A DNA stretch of 64,000 nt from Syntrophaceae bacterium (GTDB lineage Bacteria; Desulfobacterota; Syntrophia; Syntrophales; PHBD01): contig JABLXX010000004.1 in assembly GCA_013177825.1 (NCBI GenBank), positions 101,990-165,989 on the forward strand. Direction: 5' to 3'. How positions within the stretch are numbered: position 1 is the stretch's first letter; every line of letters begins with the position of its first letter. Below, one piece after another: positions 26,810-35,159 of this stretch. Below the pieces are notes generated by a model that searched no databases, was not told the origin of the DNA, and saw only the letters and a program-made list of their open reading frames with translations. The translations under genes were made by a program, and so were the position numbers.

Positions 26810-27982
26810 ATGAATCCCTGGAAAACGTCGCGCCGCATCGTCCTCACCTGCGCCCGGGGCATGGTTCCCTTCCTTCTCACGGAAGTGGCCGGGCTGGGAT
26901 TCCCCGTCCGCACCGAGACGGAGACGGCCGTGGAAACAGAGGGGTCTCTCACGGATTCCCTGCGCCTGAACCTCCGCCTCCGGACGGCCCACCGGGTCCT
27001 CTACCACCTTGCGACCCTGGAGGCCGACGGTCCCGGGAGCCTCTACGGGGGGATCACCGACCTCCCGTGGGAAGAATACATCCGCGAGGACGGCTACCTG
27101 ACGGTGACCTGCACGGTGAATCACCCCACCATCAACGACTCCCGCTTCGTGAACATGAAGGCGAAGGACGCCATCGTGGACCGCATGACGGCCCGCCGCG
27201 GCCGCCGTCCGGATTCCGGGCCGGAGCGGACCGGGGCGGTCGTTCACGTTCACTGGCAGGGAAACCGCGCGGAGATCTTTCTCCACACCTCCGGAGAGCC
27301 GCTGTCCCGCCGGGGGTACCGCCGGATCCCCATGGCGGCACCCATGCAGGAGACCCTTGCGGCAGGAGTCCTGATGGCGGCCGGCTGGAAGGGGGAAGGG
27401 AACCTCGTCAACCCCATGTGCGGGAGCGGCACGCTGGCCGTCGAGGGAGCCCTGATGGCCCTGAACCGGGCCCCGGGACTGCATCGTGAGCATTTCGGGT
27501 TCATGTCCGTCCGGGGTTTCCCGGAAAAGGAATGGGACGTCCTCCTCCGCCAGGCCCGGAAAGAAGGCCGGAGAAGTATTCCCGGCCGCATCGTCGCCAC
27601 CGACATCGAGCGGGAGGCCGTGGCGGCGGCCCGGAAGAATGCCCGGCGGGCCGGGGTGGAGGAGCACATCTCCTTCTCCGCCGGCGACTTCATGAGAACG
27701 GAGGTCCCCCCCGGGGACGGACTCGTGATTTTCAACCCCCCCTACGGAGAGCGCCTGGGGGACCAGGCTGTTCTCGGGGAGCTGTACGGACGCCTCGGCG
27801 ACTTCCTGAAGAAATCCTGCCAGGGATACACCGGCGCCGTTTTCACCGGCAACCTGGCCCTGGCCAAGCGGATCGGCCTCCGCACCAGCCGGAGAATCCC
27901 CTTCTACAACGGGGATATCGAGTGCCGCCTCCTCCTCTACGACCTCTATGGCGGCAGCCGCAAGGGAGACCGCGGGGTTTGA
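26810..27982 (+). CDS. THUMP-domain SAM-dependent RNA methyltransferase (RlmL/UPF0020-like)
   Basis: ORF 26810..27982. N-terminal THUMP-like region, SAM motif VNPMCGSGTLAVE and catalytic IFNPPYGERLG. Confidence 0.75.
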   Translation: MNPWKTSRRIVLTCARGMVPFLLTEVAGLGFPVRTETETAVETEGSLTDSLRLNLRLRTAHRVLYHLATLEADGPGSLYGGITDLPWEEYIREDGYLTVTCTVNHPTINDSRFVNMKAKDAIVDRMTARRGRRPDSGPERTGAVVHVHWQGNRAEIFLHTSGEPLSRRGYRRIPMAAPMQETLAAGVLMAAGWKGEGNLVNPMCGSGTLAVEGALMALNRAPGLHREHFGFMSVRGFPEKEWDVLLRQARKEGRRSIPGRIVATDIEREAVAAARKNARRAGVEEHISFSAGDFMRTEVPPGDGLVIFNPPYGERLGDQAVLGELYGRLGDFLKKSCQGYTGAVFTGNLALAKRIGLRTSRRIPFYNGDIECRLLLYDLYGGSRKGDRGV

Positions 27983-28037
27983 ATTTTCCTCCTCCGTAGG
28001 GTAAGAAGAAGTTCATCGTTTCGGTGAGGAGAATCTC

Positions 28038-28844
28038 ATGGGCGACATGACAAAACATCCCATCGGCGTGTTCGACTCCGGCGTGGGAGGGCTCACGGTA
28101 GTGCGGGCGCTCATGGAGCGGCTCCCCTTCGAGGGCATCGTCTATTTCGGAGATACCGCCCGGGTTCCCTACGGCGTCAAGTCCGTCGAGACGGTGACCC
28201 AGTACGCCATCGAGATCACGGACTTCCTGCTGAAGAAGGGAGTCAAACTCCTCGTCATCGCCTGCAACACCGTCGCCGCCGTGGCCGGTGACGCCGTGCG
28301 GAGCCGCTCGCCCGTGCCGGTCCTGGACGTCATCGACGCCGGCGCCCGTTCCGCCGTCCGGGAGACACGCTCCCACCATGTCGGCGTCATCGGGACCCCC
28401 GCCACGATCAACAGCAACGCCTATGCCCGGGCCATTCATGCCCTCGATCCGGCGACCCGCATCTTTTCCCAGGCCTGTCCGCTTTTCGTGCCCCTCGTGG
28501 AGGAAGGGTGGCTCGATCACACAGTGACGCGGATCACGGCCAACGAATACCTGAAGCCCGTCCTGGCGGAGCACCTGGACACCCTGGTCCTGGGGTGCAC
28601 CCATTATCCCCTGCTGAAACCACTCCTCGGAGAGATCGCCGGTCCCGATGTTCACCTGGTGGATTCGGGGGAGGCGATGGCGGATGCCACGGCGGACCTC
28701 CTGACGGAGCTTCACCTGGGAAACCCGAGCCGGGAGAAGCCCTCCTATTCCTGCTATGTCAGCGACGTTCCTTTCCGGTTCCAGACCATGGCCGAGCGGT
28801 TTCTCGGCAGGACGATCGGCCACGTCGAGCTGGTGAAACTCTGA
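28038..28844 (+). CDS. murI: glutamate racemase
   Basis: ORF 28038..28844. IGVFDSGVGGLTV, the two catalytic Cys contexts IACNTVAA and LGCTHYPLL. Confidence 0.9.
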   Translation: MGDMTKHPIGVFDSGVGGLTVVRALMERLPFEGIVYFGDTARVPYGVKSVETVTQYAIEITDFLLKKGVKLLVIACNTVAAVAGDAVRSRSPVPVLDVIDAGARSAVRETRSHHVGVIGTPATINSNAYARAIHALDPATRIFSQACPLFVPLVEEGWLDHTVTRITANEYLKPVLAEHLDTLVLGCTHYPLLKPLLGEIAGPDVHLVDSGEAMADATADLLTELHLGNPSREKPSYSCYVSDVPFRFQTMAERFLGRTIGHVELVKL

Positions 28845-30080
28845 ATGATGGAACGGGTCGTTGTCACCGGACTGGGAACCCTCAACGCAACCGCCAAGAG
28901 CGCCCCTGTCTTCGCGCAGGCCCTGCGGGAGGGCCGCTGCGGGATCGGGCCGTTTTCGGTCTTCGATCCCTCGACGTTCCGGACACAGATCGCCGCGGAA
29001 GTGAAGGATTTCAATCCCCGCGACCACATCCCCCGGCCGTACCCGATCAAGCGCATGTCCCGGGCGGACCTTCTCGGATTCGCCGCGACCCTGGAGGCCC
29101 TGCAGGACGCCGGGCTAGCCCCGCTTTCGCCGGTACTGGCGGAGGAGACGGGCGTCGTCATCGGCGGAGGCGGGGGGGGGCTCCTGGAGGGGGAGCGGTT
29201 CTACGGCGAATACCTGCGCACGGAGGGCAGGCTGGCCCGCTTCTCTGCCCTGTCGGCGGTCTACTGCGCCTCATCGGCGGACCGGATCGCGAGCCTCCTG
29301 GGGCTCCGGGGACCCAAGACCACCTTCATGACGGCCTGCTCTTCCGGGGCCACCGCCGTCGGCTACGCCCGGGACCTGATCCGGAGCGGAGCAGCCCCGG
29401 TCGTCATCGCCGGCGGGACCGAGCCCCTCTGCCGCATCACCTACGCCGCTTTCAACGCTCTCCAGGCGGTGGACCCGGAACCCTGCAAGCCCTTCGCCGG
29501 AAACCGGGCGGGTCTTTCCCTGGGAGAGGCGGCGGGGATCCTGGTTCTCGAGTCCCTCGGACACGCCCGGGCCCGGGGGGCCCGGATCTATGCCGAGGTG
29601 CTGGGCTACGGCGTCACCTGCGACGCGCACCACATGACGGCCCCCGACCCGGAGGCCTCCGGGGCGGTCCGGTCGATGCGGGAGGCCCTGCGCGACGCCG
29701 GCGTTTCCGCGGAGCGGGTCGATTACGTCAACGCCCACGGCACCGCCACGCCGGCCAACGATGTCATGGAGAGCCGGGCCATCCGGCACGTCTTCGGCGA
29801 CCGGGCCGGGCGAATCCCCGTCAGCTCCACGAAGTCCATGACGGGCCATACCCTGGGCGCCTCGGGAGCCCTCGAGGCGGTCGCGTCCGTCCTGGCGATC
29901 CGCCACCGGTTCATCCCGCCGACGATCCACTGCACCGTGCCGGATCCCGAATGCGATCTCGACTATGTCACCGAGGGGGCGCGGGAAACGGACCTGGCGG
30001 TGATTCTGTCCAATTCCTTCGCCTTCGGGGGGAACAACACCTCGCTCGTCATCGGGCGGTTCGAAGGAGGGAACGGGTAG
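28845..30080 (+). CDS. beta-ketoacyl synthase (FabF/KAS II-like) with intact Cys-His-His triad
   Basis: ORF 28845..30080. The ATG abuts the murI TGA. Active-site contexts TACSSGATA (Cys), NAHGTATPAND (His), SMTGHTLGASG (His). Confidence 0.85.
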   Translation: MMERVVVTGLGTLNATAKSAPVFAQALREGRCGIGPFSVFDPSTFRTQIAAEVKDFNPRDHIPRPYPIKRMSRADLLGFAATLEALQDAGLAPLSPVLAEETGVVIGGGGGGLLEGERFYGEYLRTEGRLARFSALSAVYCASSADRIASLLGLRGPKTTFMTACSSGATAVGYARDLIRSGAAPVVIAGGTEPLCRITYAAFNALQAVDPEPCKPFAGNRAGLSLGEAAGILVLESLGHARARGARIYAEVLGYGVTCDAHHMTAPDPEASGAVRSMREALRDAGVSAERVDYVNAHGTATPANDVMESRAIRHVFGDRAGRIPVSSTKSMTGHTLGASGALEAVASVLAIRHRFIPPTIHCTVPDPECDLDYVTEGARETDLAVILSNSFAFGGNNTSLVIGRFEGGNG

Positions 30081-30081
30081 C

Positions 30082-31317
30082 ATGGACCGGCGCGTCGCGA
30101 TCACCGGCATCGGCATCGTCTCCCCCCTCAGCTCCGGCCGCGAGGCCTTCGGGAAGGCCCTTTTTGCCGGGGAAAGCGGGATCGCCCCCGTGACCGCATT
30201 TCCCGTGGAGGCGCTTTCCTGCCGGCTGGCGGCGGAAATCCGCGATTTCCAGGCGAGGGACTTCATCTCCGTCAAAAACCTCCGGCGCATGGACCGCCTC
30301 TCCGCCGTGGCGACGGCGGCGGCCCGGATGGCCTTGGACGACGCGGGGCTCGCCGTAACGCCGGCCAACCGGGACCGCACGGGCATGATCCTGGGGACGG
30401 CCTGGGGCGGCACCGACGTGACGGTCTCCTTTGCCCGGGTCCTGGTGACGGAGGGACCCGGATCCGCCAACCCGATCCTCGTGCCCAACGTGGTCATGAA
30501 CGCCCCGGCGGGGCATGCCTCCATCGAGCTGGGGTTCCGGGGGATCAATACGACGGTCAACCACTACGCCGTCTCGGCGGAGTCGGCCCTGGCCTACGGC
30601 GCTCAGGAGATCCGGCGGGGCGCCGCGGACGTCCTTCTGGCCGGCGGGGCCGACGTCCTGGCCCCTTTCTACTTCGAGTCCCTGACGCGCTTCAAGGCGC
30701 TGTCGCCCCTCCAGGGCGGGGGCTCCGAAGGCGCCCGCCCCTTCGACCTCCGGCGGAACGGGCCGGTGGCAGGGGAGGGCTGCGGGATCCTCTGCCTGGA
30801 GCCGCTGGATGCGGCCCGGGAGCGGGGCGCAACCGTCCATGCGGAGATCGTGGGGCAGGGCATGGCCTCTTCGCCGGCGCCCATGACCGGCTGGCCGGAG
30901 GACCCGCGGGGCCTTGTCCTGGCGGTCCGCCGGGCGCTCCGGTCCGCCGGTTGCGGGCCGGAGGACGTGGACGCCGTCTTCGCCGCCGCCAGCGGCGGCC
31001 TTCAGCCGGACCTCCTGGAGGCGGAAGGGCTGGAGCAGGTGTTCGGGCCAGGTGGAAAGATGCCGCTCGTGACGGCCCTGAAGGGCGCCCTCGGGGAGAG
31101 CTTCACCTCCGGGGGGATGCGGGCGGCGGCCTTGGCCCTGGCGCTCCGGGACGGCGCCGTGCCCCCCACCCTGGGACTGGAAGACCCGGTCCGGCCACTG
31201 AATATCGTGACGGGGCCGTCCGTCCGGGCGAATGTGCAAAGAGGACTCCTGAACGGGATCTCCCACGGGGGGAGCTACGTCTCCCTTCTGTTTTCCAATA
31301 TCGGGGAAGAATCATGA
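30082..31317 (+). CDS. ketosynthase-fold protein lacking the catalytic triad (chain-length-factor/KS-beta-like partner)
   Basis: ORF 30082..31317, 1 nt after the KS stop. Aligned by eye to the upstream KS: ACSSG becomes AVSAE, AHGTAT becomes AAASGG, TGHTLG becomes KGALGE. Cys, His and His are all replaced. Confidence 0.75.
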   Translation: MDRRVAITGIGIVSPLSSGREAFGKALFAGESGIAPVTAFPVEALSCRLAAEIRDFQARDFISVKNLRRMDRLSAVATAAARMALDDAGLAVTPANRDRTGMILGTAWGGTDVTVSFARVLVTEGPGSANPILVPNVVMNAPAGHASIELGFRGINTTVNHYAVSAESALAYGAQEIRRGAADVLLAGGADVLAPFYFESLTRFKALSPLQGGGSEGARPFDLRRNGPVAGEGCGILCLEPLDAARERGATVHAEIVGQGMASSPAPMTGWPEDPRGLVLAVRRALRSAGCGPEDVDAVFAAASGGLQPDLLEAEGLEQVFGPGGKMPLVTALKGALGESFTSGGMRAAALALALRDGAVPPTLGLEDPVRPLNIVTGPSVRANVQRGLLNGISHGGSYVSLLFSNIGEES

Positions 31318-32837
31318 ACATCGGAGAATGGATTGAAAAGAGGGCCTTTACCCACCCGGACCGGGAATTCCTGAAGGACGGTGAGCGGGCCTTCAGCAAC
31401 CGGGCCTTCAACGAGCGGGTCAACCGGACGGCCCGGGCGCTCCAGAACCTGGACATCGTGAAGGGCGAGCGCCTGGCGCTCATCATGGGCAACACGAGCG
31501 AATTCCTGGAGATCTTCTTCGCCTGCGCCAAGACGGGGGCCATCCTGGTGCCTGTGAACTACAGACTGGCGGGGCCGGAGATCGAATACATCCTCCGCGA
31601 CTCGGCCCCCCGGGGGCTCGTCTACGCCGTCGAGTTTGCCGAAAAGGCGGCTCCCCTCAAGGAGCCGGGCCTGGGGATCCGCCACTGGATCCGCCACGGC
31701 GGAGAGCCCCTTCCCGGGGAATCGCTCCTGTCGGACCTGACGGCGGCCGAGTCGGATGGCGAGCCAAGGCCGATGGAGGAAGTGACGGGCGAGGACCCCC
31801 TCTTCATTATGTACACCTCCGGAACGACGGGCGATCCGAAAGGGGCCGTCCTGACCCATGGGAACATCCTCTTCGGGGCCGTCCATTCCCTCATCGGCTA
31901 CGGCGTCAACCGGACCTACCGGTCCCTCGTCGTGGCGCCCCTCTTCCACATCGGCGCCCTGGCGGCGTCGGTCACGCCGGTCATCTACGCCGGCGGCTCC
32001 GTCGTCCTGTCGGGGTTCTTCAACGCCTCGGAAGTCCTCCTGACCATTGTCCGGGAGCGGATCAACTACATGTTCGCCGTCCCCGTCATGTTCCAGATCA
32101 TGGCGGACACGCCCGAGTGGGCCGGGGCGGACCTGTCCCACGTCCACTTCTTCATTTCCGGGGGGGCGCCGATCCCCCTCCCGGTCATCCGGAAGTACCA
32201 GGACGAGAAGGGGATCGGCTTCGTCCAGGGCTACGCCCTCACGGAGACGGGGCGGCTCACGTCGCTGGACCTGGAGGACGCCGTCCGGAAGGCCGGGTCC
32301 GTGGGCAAGGAGGTCTTCCACGTGCGGCTCCGCATCGTCGACGAGGAAGACCGGGACGTCGCCCCCGGGGAGCCCGGGGAGATCGTCGTGAAAGGTCCCA
32401 ATGTCTTCTCCGGCTACTGGCGGAAGCCGAAGGAAACTGCGGAGGCCAAGAAAGGCGGCTGGTTCCGGACGGGCGACATGGGGCGGCGGGACGAGGACGG
32501 ATTTCTCTACATCATCGGCCGCAAGGTGGAGATGATCATCTCCTCCGGGGAGAACATCTACCCCGCCGAGGTGGAGCGGGCGATCCAGTCCCTCCCGGCG
32601 GTGAAGGAAGCGGCGGCCGTGGGCATGCCGGACCCGAAGCGGGGAGAGGTGGTGGCGGCCTTCGTGCTGCTCAGGGAGGGCGAGGCTGTGACGGAGGAGG
32701 ACATCCTGGCAGGGCTCCAGGGGAAGATCGCCCCCTTCAAGATGCCGAAGCGGATTTTCTTCGTCGACTCCTTCCCGAGGAATCCCGGCGGCAAGATCCT
32801 CAAGCGCATCCTCCAGAAGCGCCTGCGGGAGGGATGA
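31314..32837 (+). CDS. acyl-CoA synthetase / acyl-adenylate-forming ligase (AMP-binding family)
   Basis: 3' part of ORF 30951..32837. ATG 31314 overlaps the upstream stop (ATGA). AMP motif MYTSGTTGDPKGA, TGDMGRRDEDGFLYIIGR, C-terminal PRNPGGKILKR. Confidence 0.85.
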   Translation: MNIGEWIEKRAFTHPDREFLKDGERAFSNRAFNERVNRTARALQNLDIVKGERLALIMGNTSEFLEIFFACAKTGAILVPVNYRLAGPEIEYILRDSAPRGLVYAVEFAEKAAPLKEPGLGIRHWIRHGGEPLPGESLLSDLTAAESDGEPRPMEEVTGEDPLFIMYTSGTTGDPKGAVLTHGNILFGAVHSLIGYGVNRTYRSLVVAPLFHIGALAASVTPVIYAGGSVVLSGFFNASEVLLTIVRERINYMFAVPVMFQIMADTPEWAGADLSHVHFFISGGAPIPLPVIRKYQDEKGIGFVQGYALTETGRLTSLDLEDAVRKAGSVGKEVFHVRLRIVDEEDRDVAPGEPGEIVVKGPNVFSGYWRKPKETAEAKKGGWFRTGDMGRRDEDGFLYIIGRKVEMIISSGENIYPAEVERAIQSLPAVKEAAAVGMPDPKRGEVVAAFVLLREGEAVTEEDILAGLQGKIAPFKMPKRIFFVDSFPRNPGGKILKRILQKRLREG

Positions 32838-33979
32838 TGGAGATCCTGCCCTGGACCGGTGAGCACCGGGCCTTCCGCGAGGAATTCCGCGGGTTCCTCG
32901 CCAGAGAGGTCATTCCCTTCGTGGACCGGTGGGAGGCCGACGGCATCGTTCCCCGGTCGGCCTGGCTGGCCATGGGCGCAGCAGGGTTTCTCTGCACCGA
33001 CGTGCCCCGGGAGTACGGCGGCCGCGGCCTCGATTTCCTCCATTCCGTCATCGTCGTGGACGAGATGGCGAAGACCAACTGCTACGGTCTCTCCCCGCGG
33101 CTCCACAGCAACGTGGTCGTCCCCTACATCACGTCCTTCGCCTCCGAAGAGCTCAAGCACCGCTACCTGCCAGGCTGCATCCGGGGCGAGATCGTCACCG
33201 GCATCGCCATGACGGAGCCCCACGCCGGGAGCGACGTGGCGGCCATCCGGACAAGTGCCGTGGAGGACGGCGATTTCGTGGTCCTGAACGGCCAGAAGAC
33301 CTTCATCTCCAACGGAACCAACGGCGACCTCTTCGTGGTGGCCGCGAAGGACCCGGCGACGGAGGACCCCCACCGGGCCGTGGACATCTACCTGGTGGAG
33401 GGGAAGACCCCGGGCTTCGAAAGGGGGCGCCGCCTGAAGAAGGCGGGCTGGCACAGCCAGGACACGACGGAGATCTTCTTCCACGACTGCCGGGTGCCCC
33501 TGACCCACCGCCTCGGCGGGAAGGGCTCGGGGTTCAAGAACCTGATGCGGCACCTCCAGCCGGAGCGCCTTGTCGTGGCCATCGGCGCCGTCTCCGCGGC
33601 GGAGTGGGTCCTGGAGCACACGATTTCCCACGTGAAGAAGACGGACGTCTCGGGGACGGCCCTGTCGTCGTTCCAGCACGTCCGCTTCGAGATCGCCGAA
33701 ATGGCTACGGAGGTCCAAATCGGCCGGACCTTCGTGGACAAGCTCATCGCCGACCACATCGAGGGGAAGAACGTCGTCCGGGAGGTCTCCATGGCCAAGT
33801 GGTGGACCACCGAGACGGCCTGGCGGATCGCCGACCGGTGCCTCCAGCTCCACGGCCGCCTGGGCCTCGACGAGAGCGGCCCCCTCGCCCGGGCCTGGCG
33901 GGACCTCCGCGTCACCCGCATCCTCGCCGGCACCAATGAAATCATGAAAGGCATCATCGCCCGGATGACGGGGATATAA
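32834..33979 (+). CDS. acyl-CoA dehydrogenase
   Basis: 3' part of ORF 32117..33979. ATG 32834 overlaps the ligase stop (ATGA). TGIAMTEPHAGSDVAA, QKTFISNG, C-terminal RILAGTNEIMKGIIAR. Confidence 0.85.
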   Translation: MMEILPWTGEHRAFREEFRGFLAREVIPFVDRWEADGIVPRSAWLAMGAAGFLCTDVPREYGGRGLDFLHSVIVVDEMAKTNCYGLSPRLHSNVVVPYITSFASEELKHRYLPGCIRGEIVTGIAMTEPHAGSDVAAIRTSAVEDGDFVVLNGQKTFISNGTNGDLFVVAAKDPATEDPHRAVDIYLVEGKTPGFERGRRLKKAGWHSQDTTEIFFHDCRVPLTHRLGGKGSGFKNLMRHLQPERLVVAIGAVSAAEWVLEHTISHVKKTDVSGTALSSFQHVRFEIAEMATEVQIGRTFVDKLIADHIEGKNVVREVSMAKWWTTETAWRIADRCLQLHGRLGLDESGPLARAWRDLRVTRILAGTNEIMKGIIARMTGI

Positions 33980-33988
33980 TGAGAAAAT

Positions 33989-34033
33989 AGGTCGGATTTA
34001 TTTTCTATGTTGCAGTGCAAAATAATCTGACCT
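33989..34033. repeat. imperfect inverted repeat in the only AT-rich spacer of the locus
   Basis: AGGTCGGATTTATTTT (33989-34004), a 14-nt loop, then AAAATAATCTGACCT (34019-34033). It lies between the ACAD stop and the first radical-SAM gene. Confidence 0.5.
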
Positions 34034-34049
34034 ACTTTTCGAGGGAGCC

Positions 34050-35159
34050 ATGAACGTCCGGATCGTCAACCTTCACCCGGGGTGCGAGAACAACGCCCTG
34101 TTTCTTTCCCGGGCCCGGCGCTACTTCGAGTTGAACGGCCACCGGGCCGGTGGCGAGAGGGAGGCGGACCTGGTGTTTGTGGGGGCCTGCGTCGTGACCG
34201 ACTGGATGCGCCGGCGGTGCGAGGAAGCCATCGCCGGGGCGATGCACAGCCATCCGCTGGCTCATTTCGTTGTCTTCGGCTGCCTGGCGGCCTTTCCCGG
34301 GGAACTGCAGGCGTGCCTCGGCGGGGAGGCCGCCCGGATCCGGTTCATCCCGTACGGAGCGAGCGCCGAACTGGACGCCCTCGTCGGGGCGCGCGTTCCT
34401 TTCGAGACCGTCCACGTCTCCCGTCTTGAAGGGCACCGTCCCTACCAGCCCCGCATGGGGCCGGATGACCGCTACCTCCTGATCTCCCAAGGTTGTGTCA
34501 ACGACTGCAGCTACTGCAGCATCCGGCTGGCCAAGGGGCGGGTCCGTAGCCGGCCGGCGGAGGAGATCGAGGCGGATGCCCGCGAACTGTACGATCAGGG
34601 CGTCCGGACCGTGACCCTGCTCGCGGACGACTGCGGCTCCTACGGCCTCGACCGGGACGACGACCTTCCGGGGCTGCTTGGCCGGATCTGCAGGATCGCC
34701 CCGGACCTCCGGATCAAGCTCTACACGGTGTTCCCGGCCCTGTTCCTGCAATACGCCGACCGGCTGGCACCGTTTTTCGCCGCCGGGCGCATCCCCTACG
34801 TCTGCCTGCCCGCCCAATCCGCATCCCCGCGCATCCTGGACCTGATGAACCGCCGCTACGACCCCGGCCGCCTGGCGGATGCGGTTCTCCGGCTCCGTGC
34901 CCTCGATCCCGGCGTCTTCGTCTATTCCCACTTCATCTTTGCCTTCCCAACGGAGACCTGGGAGGAGCTTGCGGAAAGCGTCTCCTTCGCCGGACTCTTC
35001 GATCACTCCGTCTTCATCGGCTATGGTGGAAACCGGGTGACCCGGGCGGCGGCCCTGGCCTCCCGGTGCGACGACGCCGACCGGCAGGCAAAAGCGGATT
35101 ACCTGGGGCGACTGGTGGCGGAAGGAAAGCTCGCCTCGTTCGTGGTGCCCTATGCCTGA
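34050..35159 (+). CDS. radical SAM protein, methylthiotransferase-like (UPF0004 N-domain + rSAM core) without TRAM domain, paralogue A
   Basis: ORF 34050..35159, 369 aa, RBS GAGGGAG. N-terminal Cys at 12, 47 and 78 (MTTase spacing). Core GCVNDCSYCSIRLAKGRVRSR. The protein ends about 30 aa after the barrel. Confidence 0.75.
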   Translation: MNVRIVNLHPGCENNALFLSRARRYFELNGHRAGGEREADLVFVGACVVTDWMRRRCEEAIAGAMHSHPLAHFVVFGCLAAFPGELQACLGGEAARIRFIPYGASAELDALVGARVPFETVHVSRLEGHRPYQPRMGPDDRYLLISQGCVNDCSYCSIRLAKGRVRSRPAEEIEADARELYDQGVRTVTLLADDCGSYGLDRDDDLPGLLGRICRIAPDLRIKLYTVFPALFLQYADRLAPFFAAGRIPYVCLPAQSASPRILDLMNRRYDPGRLADAVLRLRALDPGVFVYSHFIFAFPTETWEELAESVSFAGLFDHSVFIGYGGNRVTRAAALASRCDDADRQAKADYLGRLVAEGKLASFVVPYA

